From assembly GCA_026709065.1 (NCBI GenBank), contig JAPOTS010000043.1:379-64378 (forward strand): a stretch of 64,000 nt of DNA, written 5' to 3'. This DNA is from Bacteroidota bacterium (GTDB taxonomy: Bacteria > Bacteroidota > Rhodothermia > Rhodothermales > Bin80). Within the stretch, counting starts at the first letter, position 1; every line of letters starts with the position of its first letter. Positions 51,580-61,872 of this stretch are shown here, piece after piece. Position numbers and translations under genes: made by a program. Below the pieces are notes generated by a model that saw nothing but the letters and a program-made list of their open reading frames with translations, was not told where the DNA came from and did not search any database.

Positions 51580-52873
51580 GTTCAGGGAGTAGTTTCCAGA
51601 CGCATCCTGCCATTAGGATAATGGCGATGGCACTTGCTATCACATTCAATTCAAAACCCGATGTTTCATAAATCCACCCAGAAATAGCAATGGAAATCCC
51701 CAACCCGCATTGCCCGCCTGCAATTACTAATCCCATTAATGAACCGCGCTGAGCATCTGAAGTGAGCGTCGTTAACAACGCCATGATCGGACCCGTGCGC
51801 AGCGACCCCAATAGCAGTATTACAGCGGTGATCATGGTAGCACTCATCAGCCCCTTTGCCCAATAGATGAGCAAGGGAAATACGGACACCATTGCAATTG
51901 ATGCAATGATGATGATCGGTTTACGGGCGGAGCGATCCGAAATCATTCCGCCAGAGATCGTTCCAGTAACGATTCCAATTCCACTAATGACAAACAAAAA
52001 TGCGAGTTGTTGCACGGAAATTCCTAAATCTTCCTCTAACCATTTTGGAAAAAAGAATATAAAAAAGCCAATGCTTGCGAATAGAAGAAAATACACAAGA
52101 ATTCCAGCCAATGGATGAGATTTCTTCAATAACTCACGATAAGTCATCAATGCTTTGGGAATTGATAGCAGAGTTTGATTTGAAGGCTTTCTCGTCTCAG
52201 GTAAAAATCTCCACGCCATAAAGCATGCAACGGCCATCAGCCCCCCAAAAATGATAAATGGAGATTGAAATCCAAATGTGTCTGCGATTAATATTCCGCC
52301 GGGTGTCCCAATAATCAATCCGCATGCAACTCCAGTCATGATTAAACCAGTTGCTCTCCCACGTTGATTATAGGGGAAATAATCTCCAACGAACGCAATC
52401 ATGCTTCCACTGTAAGCCCCAGCAGCTATGCCTGTCAGAGAACGGACAATGAGTAAGGATTCATAATAATAGACTGCTCCATGAAGTAACAGTACAAATG
52501 CAATCAGGGCTGTGCCTGCGATAAGGACTTTACGTCTCCCAATTCGGTCAGAAATCGGGCCAACGATCAAGGTAGAGATTGCCAGTGAGATGGAATAAGC
52601 CGTTCCCAATAAACCCAGTGCAAAATCTGACGGATCATTTTGATTGAGTAATTCATTCTGAATGAGGGGTAACAAAGGGGCAACAATAAACAGTTGACAA
52701 CTTACGATAAATGCGGTCAACCATAGGGGGGCAATAATAAAAAATGCATGTCGATGGTTCACCTGAGAGGATGTTACAGACAACAATTCTTCTTTAATGG
52801 TTTGAGATTTTACAAGAGAATTTAAATAAAACTGTGACAAGGTGCTTGGGTTTATCTGAATTGATTGATTCAA
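51566..52873 (-). CDS. MFS transporter (drug:H+ antiporter-like)
   Basis: GPISDRIGRRK motif A, 12 TM segments; true start probably downstream of 52873. Confidence 0.9.
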   Translation of the reverse strand: MNQSIQINPSTLSQFYLNSLVKSQTIKEELLSVTSSQVNHRHAFFIIAPLWLTAFIVSCQLFIVAPLLPLIQNELLNQNDPSDFALGLLGTAYSISLAISTLIVGPISDRIGRRKVLIAGTALIAFVLLLHGAVYYYESLLIVRSLTGIAAGAYSGSMIAFVGDYFPYNQRGRATGLIMTGVACGLIIGTPGGILIADTFGFQSPFIIFGGLMAVACFMAWRFLPETRKPSNQTLLSIPKALMTYRELLKKSHPLAGILVYFLLFASIGFFIFFFPKWLEEDLGISVQQLAFLFVISGIGIVTGTISGGMISDRSARKPIIIIASIAMVSVFPLLIYWAKGLMSATMITAVILLLGSLRTGPIMALLTTLTSDAQRGSLMGLVIAGGQCGLGISIAISGWIYETSGFELNVIASAIAIILMAGCVWKLLPEPKEP

Positions 52874-53123
52874 TAGGAAGTGATCTTCAGCATATTTCCC
52901 ACTATTGAGTGCAGGATACGTTACCTTCAGCCGAAGTTCTTCTGATCATTCAGCATCTGCGCAATACCGATTTGCCCTTCGGAGGGTTTGATCTCTTGGT
53001 TGAGTCGAACATGTTTAGGCAATGCTTGATCATGAACCCAACACAATTGATTAAAGATCTATTGGGTCCTTTATGGAGTCTATGGAATTGATGAATACGG
53101 GATACATCATTGAATGAGCTAAC

Positions 53124-53162
53124 AAAAAAAACCTCACCCCACGATAGGCGCGAGGCGAGGTT
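53124..53162 (-). terminator. Strong intrinsic terminator with no obvious upstream CDS
   Basis: 14-bp stem fully paired only on the minus strand (3 G-U pairs), 5-nt loop, followed by a U-tract. Confidence 0.75.
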
Positions 53163-53841
53163 AACCAAACCCTCGAAAATGAAAACAGTTAGTTAATTCA
53201 ATGCTAAACCAATTGTTCCAATTCAAAGAATTTTTGCACCGAACGCAAGTGGGTAGATCAGGTGAGATGGGAAATACTGGGGATTTATTCTTTAATAATG
53301 GATTGTGTTTGATGAAATTTATATCTACCATCTATCTTTGATGCAGGATAATTGAGAAAATTTACTAAGAATTTGTTAAGATTAGAATTATGGTTAAATT
53401 TCGCTCGGTTATGCCTATATCTGTAGTGCTTCGTTACCAAATATACACCGGAGCGAGACTTTGACCGTATGGACTAAGAACGAATTCATGATTCAGTCAC
53501 TTTAATAACATGCTCAGGAGCCACTGTGAATTGCTTCGCAAGTCCCAGGGTCTTGAAGTTTCTCTATGTACATTTCTCAACATGCACCAATGGATTTGGG
53601 TTCTATAGTTGGTAAGCAAGGTTCACATGGCAGGACAGATCAATGTTCTCCAGTTATGGGATTTCACTGTGGAATCAGTTGAGTCTGATCTAAGAATTAC
53701 TGCGATATTGACAAATCATTATCTGATTCTCGTTCATGGATTTTACCATTTTTCAGCGGAGTAAACCACAAGGTGATCATAACGAAAACCGCTCCGCTTT
53801 CATCATCCCACTGATGTAGGGGGGCAGAGATACATATTAGA

Positions 53842-55578
53842 ATGGAATGGAAAGAGCGTACGATTCACGATCCAACAATCATAGAATCACTCAGCAATGA
53901 GTTGAACTCACTTCCTGAGTCTCTCACTCGGGTCTTGATACTTCGTGGAATCAATTCGTTTGAAACCGCTCGTAAGTACTTTCGTGAAACCGCACAAGAG
54001 TTACTTGATCCCCACATGTTGGCGGATATTGATCTAGCCGCACAACGAATTGTACAGGCGATTAACGAAAGGGAGCGGGTGCTAGTCTACGGTGATTTTG
54101 ATGCTGATGGTGTGACATCTACAGCGATACTATTGAAATTTTTGCAATCTCACGGAGTTGAAACCGAATATTATATTCCTCATCGTCAGGAAGAAAATCA
54201 TGGGTTTCATGAAAGCGGGGTCAATCATGCCCAAGCAACAAAATGCTCACTAATTATTGTTGTAGACTGTGGGACTAATGATGAGCAAACGGCTGAATTA
54301 GTCAAGCAATTAGGAATCAATCTAATTATCTGTGACCATCATGAAAATGATGGTTCGGAGCCAGTGTGTCATGCTCATGTCAATCCAAATCAGGCGCGAT
54401 GCGCCTATCCGAATAAAGAAATCTCTGCATGTGCATTGGCGTTCAAAATCATCCAAGTGACCTTAGAAACCTTGGGAAAACCCATTGAAATCGCTGATCA
54501 ATATCTTGATTTAGTCGCCATTTCTACGGTTTGTGACATTATGCCACTCGTGGGAGAAAACAGGATTTTAGTCCGTGAGGGACTCCAGGTGCTCTCTTCA
54601 TCCAATCATCCCGCCATAAAAGCATTAATTGCGTGCTCAAAAAACTTGAATCAAAAGTGCATTAAGGCATCTGATATCGGTATGCAGCTTGGCCCAAGAC
54701 TCAATGCAGCAGGTCGGATGTCGCATGCTCAAGAAGCCTTACATCTATTAATGGCCGACATTGATGCAGACGCACATGATCTCGCTCAGCGGCTTGATGC
54801 GCTTAATAATGCACGAAGGGCAGAAGGAGCAAAATTGCGCCCGAAAGCCAAAAAACTTGCTACAGTTCAACTCTCGGGTCAGTATACTAACGCACTCGTA
54901 CTTCATCATCCTGAGTGGCATCCAGGGATTCTTGGTATGGCCGCGTCTAAAATTGTTGAGGAATTTCGGGTTCCAACTGTCATCTTAACCGATGTTCCAA
55001 ATTCTGACGGATCTCAAATTTTCGGTAGTGCTCGCACATTTGGTGAAATTCATATACTCAACGCCCTTACGTCCTGTCAGGATGTACTCATTCGCTTTGG
55101 CGGGCATGCAAAAGCGGCTGGACTTACCTTAAATAAAGAAGACCTTCCATTATTTAAGGAGTCTCTGAATGCAGAAGTTTCCAAACAATCAGGAGATCAA
55201 ACAATTGCCCCCCTGCTTGAGTATGATGCAGAACTGAAACTGGCAGACATTCCAGGGAAATTTCAACGTGTCCTCAACTTATGCGAACCATTTGGCAAGT
55301 CTAATGAATCTCCCCTGTTTATGATTGAAAATTTGCTCCCTACTTCGGTTAAATTATTATCCTCTGGTCAGCACCTCAAAATGGATGTTCAGAGCACTGA
55401 TAATACAATCAAGATCAATGCGATTGGTTTTGGGATGGCAAGCCACTATCAAACTGTTGAAGATGCTCGTATCCAAAAAACAACTGTGGACATTCTGTGT
55501 CATGTGGAAGAGAATTATTGGAAAGGAAAAACAAATACACAACTCCGCTTTATTGCATTACGCGCGCATCCAAACTAA
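53842..55578 (+). CDS. recJ: Single-stranded DNA exonuclease RecJ
   Basis: GDFDADG, VDCG, DHH, PRLNAAGR, FGGHAKAAG and EPFGKSN motifs. Confidence 0.96.
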   Translation: MEWKERTIHDPTIIESLSNELNSLPESLTRVLILRGINSFETARKYFRETAQELLDPHMLADIDLAAQRIVQAINERERVLVYGDFDADGVTSTAILLKFLQSHGVETEYYIPHRQEENHGFHESGVNHAQATKCSLIIVVDCGTNDEQTAELVKQLGINLIICDHHENDGSEPVCHAHVNPNQARCAYPNKEISACALAFKIIQVTLETLGKPIEIADQYLDLVAISTVCDIMPLVGENRILVREGLQVLSSSNHPAIKALIACSKNLNQKCIKASDIGMQLGPRLNAAGRMSHAQEALHLLMADIDADAHDLAQRLDALNNARRAEGAKLRPKAKKLATVQLSGQYTNALVLHHPEWHPGILGMAASKIVEEFRVPTVILTDVPNSDGSQIFGSARTFGEIHILNALTSCQDVLIRFGGHAKAAGLTLNKEDLPLFKESLNAEVSKQSGDQTIAPLLEYDAELKLADIPGKFQRVLNLCEPFGKSNESPLFMIENLLPTSVKLLSSGQHLKMDVQSTDNTIKINAIGFGMASHYQTVEDARIQKTTVDILCHVEENYWKGKTNTQLRFIALRAHPN

Positions 55579-58097
55579 TGACTCAATTTCTAATTTCGCT
55601 ATTTCTGTCCGTGTTGGTGGCCTATTCTGCTTCGGCTCAACTTTTGAGTCCAGCAGAATTTTTAGGCTATGAGCTAGGCGAACAATTTACGCCTCATCAC
55701 CGCGTCAATGACTACGCACTGCATGTCGCTGAGTCATCCTCAAATGTAATGCGTGTGGAATATGGTCATACGTATCAAGGGAGAGTGTTACAATATTTAA
55801 TCATCTCTTCTGATGAAAACATGTCTAGACTTGAAGAAATTCGCACTGCAAACCTGCATCGCGCCCAGTTAGCAGATGGTTCAGCGAGTGACGATCCTCC
55901 AGTTGCCATTGTATGGCTGAGCTACAACGTTCATGGAAATGAGTCCGTTGGGACTGAGGTTGCATTAAAGGTTCTTTATACTTTGGCATCTGAAAAAAAC
56001 CAGCAAATTTCTGAATGGCTTGCCAATACAGTCGTGATTATTGACCCATGCCTCAATCCTGACGGCCGAGATCGATATATTAATTTTTATCGTCAGACTC
56101 GCGGTCGAAAACAAAACGTTCTTCCAGAAGCCCGCGAACATTCGGAGCCTTGGCCGGGGGGCAGAACCAACCATTACTACTTTGATCTTAATAGAGATTG
56201 GGCATGGGGGACTCAAATTGAGACGCGTCAGCGGTTGCCACATTATAACCGTTGGATGCCCCATATTCATGTGGATTTTCATGAACAAGGAGTCAACAGC
56301 CCATATTTTTTCCCTCCTGCTGCGATCCCATTCCATAAATATATCACATCTTGGCAACGTGACCTTCAGAAATTGATTGGTACTAACCATGCAAAATATT
56401 TTGATGCTGAGGGATGGCTATTTTTTACCAGACAGGTTTTTGATCTCTTTTACCCTGGATATGGAGATACTTGGCCCATGTTTAATGGGGCTCTTGGAAT
56501 GACCTATGAACAGGGTGGATCTGGGCGCGCAGGATTAGGGATATTGACGGCCGAAGGGGACACATTGACCCTGAAAGATCGAATTGATCATCACTATACC
56601 ACTAGCTTATCTACAATTGAAGTTGCTCACATACATAAAGATCAGATTATCAGTGAGTTCACGAAGTTTTTTCAAGATGCATCCGAGGTCCCCACTGGGA
56701 ATCATACAACTTATATGGTCAGATATCACGGGCAGCACGATCAAGTGAAGATACTTTCAGAGCATCTTGATTTACTTGGAATTCAATATGGATATGCTAT
56801 AGAACCATCAACACAAACTGGATTTTCTTATCAGACTCGTCGTCGTCAGCCCATAGAGGTTTTTCAAGGTGATCTCATCATCCCTGCCGCTCAACCCAAA
56901 GGGGTACTCGCCAGTGTTCTTTTTGAACCTGAGCCCGAGTTAGAGGACTCCTTGACCTATGACATTACTGCGTGGGCACTCCCTTATGTCTATGGTGTAG
57001 ATTCCTATGCGTTTGATTCTCAGATTGACTGGGGACAAAAGATACCGACGAAGCAAGGGTTTGATCAAGTCAATAACCCCGTGGCATTCATTGCGGAGTG
57101 GAAAAGTTTTGAAGATGCACGTTTTCTTGCTGACTTGTTACGTTCAGGAGTCAAAGCCCGTTACACGGAAATTCCAATCAAGATAAATGATCGGTCATAC
57201 AATGAGGGCGCATTGATAATGACACGCGAACAAAGGGGTGCTGATTTTGACTCGCTTGTCTTTCAGAGTGCTCGCCGTACTCGTCAGCAAGTTGATGCTC
57301 TCTCCACAACGTTTGTCACTGAAGGCGTAGACTTTGGATCTGGTGATGTCGTCTATATTCATCCTCCGCGTATTGCCATTGTATCAGGGCCATCAATCAA
57401 TTCAAATGCTCTTGGACAGTTATGGCATTTTTTTGATGAACAGCTTGAATATCCTGCAACCCTGATAGACCAAGATGACTTTAAAAATCTCCACCTTTAT
57501 CGCTTTGATGTCATCATTTTGCCCTCTGGTAATTATGAGGATATACTGTCTCAGAGCAGACTTGATGATATTCAGGATTGGATCCGAGAGGGTGGACGAT
57601 TGATAGCTATTGAACGAGCTACTGCTTTTCTTGCAGGCAAAGATGGCTTTAAATTGGATGCCAAATCCAAATCCGATGAAAAGTCAGATTCATTGGAGAC
57701 TGAGACGATCTTTTACGCCCAACGTGCCCGTCATGCGATTTCAGAGGATATTCCAGGAGCAATCTTTCGTGTAATAATTGATACTACTCATCCGCTTGCT
57801 TTTGGGTATCAAGACAGTTATTATGCATTGAAAGTGAGATCACAATCATTTGAGATGCTCAAAGATGGTTGGAATGTGGGGGTTTTAACCAACGCAGAGC
57901 CAGTCGCTGGTTTTGCAGGTGCTGAAACCCTTGCATCTTTGGAGAACTCGTTAGTCTTTGGGGTGGAGTCAATGGGTCAAGGTGAGGTGATTTATTTCAT
58001 GGATAACCCCGTATACAGAGGTTTTTATTACCAGGGTAGACTATTGCTATCCAATGCTGTCTTTTTTGCTGGACAACGTAGCGTAGCAAGCTATTAG
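55578..58097 (+). CDS. M14-family zinc carboxypeptidase
   Basis: HGNE, NPDGR, DLNRDW and DFHE motifs; signal peptide from ATG 55578, which overlaps the recJ stop. Confidence 0.9.
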   Translation: MTQFLISLFLSVLVAYSASAQLLSPAEFLGYELGEQFTPHHRVNDYALHVAESSSNVMRVEYGHTYQGRVLQYLIISSDENMSRLEEIRTANLHRAQLADGSASDDPPVAIVWLSYNVHGNESVGTEVALKVLYTLASEKNQQISEWLANTVVIIDPCLNPDGRDRYINFYRQTRGRKQNVLPEAREHSEPWPGGRTNHYYFDLNRDWAWGTQIETRQRLPHYNRWMPHIHVDFHEQGVNSPYFFPPAAIPFHKYITSWQRDLQKLIGTNHAKYFDAEGWLFFTRQVFDLFYPGYGDTWPMFNGALGMTYEQGGSGRAGLGILTAEGDTLTLKDRIDHHYTTSLSTIEVAHIHKDQIISEFTKFFQDASEVPTGNHTTYMVRYHGQHDQVKILSEHLDLLGIQYGYAIEPSTQTGFSYQTRRRQPIEVFQGDLIIPAAQPKGVLASVLFEPEPELEDSLTYDITAWALPYVYGVDSYAFDSQIDWGQKIPTKQGFDQVNNPVAFIAEWKSFEDARFLADLLRSGVKARYTEIPIKINDRSYNEGALIMTREQRGADFDSLVFQSARRTRQQVDALSTTFVTEGVDFGSGDVVYIHPPRIAIVSGPSINSNALGQLWHFFDEQLEYPATLIDQDDFKNLHLYRFDVIILPSGNYEDILSQSRLDDIQDWIREGGRLIAIERATAFLAGKDGFKLDAKSKSDEKSDSLETETIFYAQRARHAISEDIPGAIFRVIIDTTHPLAFGYQDSYYALKVRSQSFEMLKDGWNVGVLTNAEPVAGFAGAETLASLENSLVFGVESMGQGEVIYFMDNPVYRGFYYQGRLLLSNAVFFAGQRSVASY

Positions 58098-58101
58098 TTA
58101 G

Positions 58102-59700
58102 ATGCTTCGCGGATGTGCCATTCTGTGTATTGGAGTGCTTATTTGTTCATGCATTCAGGGTGCACAGGGTCAGAAAACACCGCTCAGGGGTGTGGTATGG
58201 GATGCTTCAGATCCTCCTACGGTTGAGGATCTAATTGACATTCGCGAAGCTGGAGTGGAAGCACTCCAATTACCCATCTTAGAGGACATCTCTATCGTTC
58301 AAGCGGCAGATACGATGGGGATCACATTATTTCAGGATTTGCCGGTTCTTCTATTACCGACTAGCCCTCTACTTGATACGCTTGAATATGCTAAGCGCCA
58401 ACTCAGTCAAGCACAGTGGATGCATCTTTTATATCCATCTGCACATTATTATGGCGTTTCATCAAAGAGTGATACGAGCAACCCATTATCGTGTGAATAC
58501 TTTGAGGCGTTAGCACAGTCTGCTCCCGATCTCACACTCTATTACACATCTGCATTTGTTGCAGAAGACAAGTGCTCTTCGCATGTGGACTTGGTTTTGA
58601 TTGATACGCGCAGAACAACAGTTCCGACCGAGATCATTGATGAATGGCAAAGTTCTACGCCAATTGGATTTACGAGGTTTGGAAAAAAAGTTAATCCGGA
58701 ATCTTATGGTTTATTTAATGAATTTTCCCCTGAATCTCAGGGACGTTTTTTGGAAGATCATCTTCCAGACTTATTAGAGAGTGACTTAGAGGTCATTTTT
58801 ATTTACAGATGGAAAGATGACTTAGAAGCTTCAATCCAATGGGGACTCATTGATCCGTCTGGACAGAAGCGCCCTGCCTATGAGGTTCTAAGGGGCATTT
58901 ACACTGAAAGTCAGAATGTATTCACCTTTAATTTTGGAGAGCCTCCAGAGCAGAGTGTGCCATGGCCTTTACTGATGGGATGGATGTCAATATTTCTGAC
59001 TCTATTAGTCTGTATTTGGTATCGCAGATTTCCCGAAGTAATGATGAATTATGTGTTGAATAAGTACCCCCACCGAGAAACTCTCTATCGTGAGAGCGCT
59101 ATTCTGGGAGGTGCTTCATTTGGATATGTGATTGCACAGGGTGTCTTAATTTCGGCAGTTGTTTTAATACTCATTGAGGCATTCAGAGACTTAGGAATGA
59201 TTGAAGCCATCGCTATTCTATTGAGTCCTCAAATTATTGATCGTAGTGTCAGTTTGACCTCAAATCCATTTGTTCCAACCCTTGTTGTTAGTGCAATCTA
59301 TTTTACGATGATTTTAGTATCCTCTATCTTAGGGGCATGGGGGGCACGTCAACCAGGCACTAGGGTTCCGGTTGAGCATTTTTTTGTGATTAATGTGATG
59401 AATAATACTCCCCTTGGATTGATGCTTCCACTGGTATTAGTCTCGCCAGATCTCAATGATCAGCAAATGGATATCATGGGAGTTACGCTTGCATGTTCTT
59501 GGTTTCTGATTAGCATCTACTGCAATTTTCAAAGCACGCGGAATTTTGCATCTCTTGCGCGCAGCAGTCTTGCCAAAAGTGCAACGCTTGGCTTGTTTAT
59601 TCTTCCGCTCCTTTTAATTCTAAGTGTGATCATACTATTGTGGGTCCCTTATACCAGAGAATATCTTGTATTCTGGTGGCACCTCAGTTTCAAATCTTAA
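58102..59700 (+). CDS. Membrane protein with extracytoplasmic GH-like TIM-barrel remnant and multi-TM C-terminus
   Basis: Signal peptide; IYRWKD...WGLIDPSGQKRPAY resembles a clan-A GH barrel C-terminus; about 7 TM helices. Confidence 0.55.
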   Translation: MLRGCAILCIGVLICSCIQGAQGQKTPLRGVVWDASDPPTVEDLIDIREAGVEALQLPILEDISIVQAADTMGITLFQDLPVLLLPTSPLLDTLEYAKRQLSQAQWMHLLYPSAHYYGVSSKSDTSNPLSCEYFEALAQSAPDLTLYYTSAFVAEDKCSSHVDLVLIDTRRTTVPTEIIDEWQSSTPIGFTRFGKKVNPESYGLFNEFSPESQGRFLEDHLPDLLESDLEVIFIYRWKDDLEASIQWGLIDPSGQKRPAYEVLRGIYTESQNVFTFNFGEPPEQSVPWPLLMGWMSIFLTLLVCIWYRRFPEVMMNYVLNKYPHRETLYRESAILGGASFGYVIAQGVLISAVVLILIEAFRDLGMIEAIAILLSPQIIDRSVSLTSNPFVPTLVVSAIYFTMILVSSILGAWGARQPGTRVPVEHFFVINVMNNTPLGLMLPLVLVSPDLNDQQMDIMGVTLACSWFLISIYCNFQSTRNFASLARSSLAKSATLGLFILPLLLILSVIILLWVPYTREYLVFWWHLSFKS

Positions 59701-59707
59701 ATGTGAG

Positions 59708-60060
59708 GGTTCTACCACGAATCGTGTGGGTAGAGGTCCAGACTATCACAGAAGAAGAGGATAACAACTCTGAAATTTTCAAATTTATTGTATCCTCTCC
59801 CAATAGTTTTGATCTCTTTGATTTTTCCGTCATTTTCTCCGCTTTTTCCATTGGACTGTGGATAAATAATGCATTGTAGACTCGATACATAAACATCTAC
59901 TGGATGTAGCCTTATATCTATTTCCACCACATTGAAATATAGCCAGCGAGATCCTAATGTAGTGAGTGAAGCAACAAGGATTCTATAAATGTATCGCGTA
60001 TGAAAAAATAAATGTGGTGGAACCAAAATCAATCGTTTCCTCACAAAACGTGATAGAACC
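59708..60060 (-). mobile_element. Internally deleted ISL3-family remnant (MITE-like)
   Basis: TIRs GGTTCTACCACGAATCGTGTGG and (reverse complement) GGTTCTATCACGTTTTGTGAGG, 17/22 identical; encodes an ISL3 transposase C-terminus KIKEIKTIGRGYNKFENFRVVILFFCDSLDLYPH. Confidence 0.8.
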
Positions 60061-60209
60061 AAACAAAGGAGAAGACACGCGAAAAGTTAAAGGCGAGTTT
60101 TCAATGGAAAGATAATCAATCATAGGTCATGGAGCCCCAGAGAATCATGCAATTTCTGATGGTTTTCAAAGTTCATATCATTACATATTGGAACTTAGAA
60201 AATTCTTTA

Positions 60210-60236
60210 TTGTACTAACGATTTCGTTATTATAAT
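60210..60236 (+). promoter_or_regulatory. Sigma70-like promoter with palindromic operator in the spacer
   Basis: TTGTAC-15 bp-TATAAT with TAACGA-TT-TCGTTA between the boxes; the spacer is shorter than consensus. Confidence 0.35.
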
Positions 60237-60253
60237 ACTCATTCGCCGACGGT

Positions 60254-60439
60254 ATGATAGAGAAACCACTCTCAGAATACTCAGCGAAGGATTTGAACAT
60301 TGCCTTACAATGGGCGAAAGAGGGAGCAGATTTTGACCACATCATAGATGATGTACCCGAAGCTGCGCAGGGATGGGCATGTGAACGGATTGAACTTGTG
60401 CGAGATATGTTTAAGGAACAGTGTGAGGTCTCTTATTAA
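60254..60439 (+). CDS. Small hypothetical protein (61 aa)
   Basis: ATG start, helical acidic protein-like composition, promoter-like sequence upstream. Confidence 0.45.
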   Translation: MIEKPLSEYSAKDLNIALQWAKEGADFDHIIDDVPEAAQGWACERIELVRDMFKEQCEVSY

Positions 60440-60801
60440 TGGTTGGAGTATGGGTTTCCGTGAGCCTCGTCAATATCGCATGCAAAAACATACTAAAGAC
60501 CCACTGATAGCACAGAGGGGAATCCACCCGAGCGGTGAAATAAAGTCTATAAAGAATCGGATGTTATGTATTTCAACAACAAATGCTGCGAGATATCAAT
60601 ATAAAAATTTATAGTAAATTGGATCATAGTATCCTTGAGACTTGATGACTATTGATATCCAAATTCCCAACTTGAAAGCCATCGAACAAGCGGTTTTTTC
60701 ATTTCCCATTCTATAGGATCATGTCTTGAGAACTTTCACGGGTGCTACGAACATCTGACTAAAGTCTATGTTCAAGTCAATTGAATTAACATCACCTATT
60801 T

Positions 60802-61413
60802 ATGGCTAATGGATTATCTCAGCTTCCTGCTGAGCTAATGGTTGGAACGGAACGCTTCAAGGGAGATGGGGCTTCTAATGGTTTAACACTGCTGGACTAC
60901 TGGAGATGGCGAAGTTCAGTACTCCTTGATAATACTGAGCGCGGGATATTGGCAGAATTTTTAATCGCTTCAGCATTAGATCTTCACTCTACTCCAAGAA
61001 GAGAGTGGGGGGATGCTGATATTACATTGGACTCTGGTGTTAAGATTGAGATTAAAAGTGCTGCATATGTTCAGTCATGGAGTCAGAATGTCTATTCTGA
61101 TATACGGTTTGGAATTGCCCCTCATACCGGATGGGATGCTTCCACGGGTGAGTATAGCGATGTTAAAAAGCGTTGGGCACATATTTATGTTTTTTGCGTC
61201 TACACCAGAAAAGAGCCCCCGTTTGATCCAATGAATGTGGACGAATGGGACTTTTATGTGATCTCTACCAAGATTCTTGATGCGGAAATTCCCACTCAGA
61301 TAACGATTGGTCTACGTCCTCTGGAACGTCTTCCTGTGCACAAGTGCAGATATGAAAATCTGAGATTGATTATATTAGAGATGTCAAAAGAGATTATCGT
61401 AGAATCTAAATGA
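60802..61413 (+). CDS. Restriction-endonuclease-like (PD-(D/E)XK) hypothetical protein
   Basis: NTERGILAEFLI...DADI...IEIKSAAYVQSW...YVFC...WDFYV. Confidence 0.7.
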   Translation: MANGLSQLPAELMVGTERFKGDGASNGLTLLDYWRWRSSVLLDNTERGILAEFLIASALDLHSTPRREWGDADITLDSGVKIEIKSAAYVQSWSQNVYSDIRFGIAPHTGWDASTGEYSDVKKRWAHIYVFCVYTRKEPPFDPMNVDEWDFYVISTKILDAEIPTQITIGLRPLERLPVHKCRYENLRLIILEMSKEIIVESK

Positions 61414-61872
61414 GAAACTGGAGAGTCGGTTTAGTAGAACCGCTCTTTGTTAGATAATCTACGGCTAAACAGATCCCTGATTCGTGAGTTGCCCGCAAGC
61501 TGCAGCAATGTCAGATCCGCGGCTTCGTTGTACAGTAACCCCAGAATATTCAAGAGTACGGCAACATTCCTCAAAATTCCATGATCTGCCACAATTTTTT
61601 GAGATGTACCTCAAAAAAGGTATCCATCCGATGAAAAACGAGACTAGGAAGAACTTTAATTGGATAAGTTATTTTTTCGCGAGCCCTTAACAGTTCAACA
61701 ACCCTTGAACAAGTAGAATTGATCAATGATTTAAGGCAGTTCTCAAGTAGCTCAATGCTTAAGAATTAAAATGGCTTCACGATGACTCTGAGGTCAAACG
61801 TCGGACATAACTGGCAAAAGGATTGATTGAATCACCTTAATTCCCCGTCTCTGAACAAGGGGAAGGTAACCA

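Noticed and set aside
53755-53798. AGCGGAGT...GCTCCGCT hairpin with GGAGTAAACCACA resembling a ZTP riboswitch upstream of recJ
   Set aside because: Lacks the GACTGGCG and CGCCTGGGC pseudoknot elements, and the downstream gene does not fit
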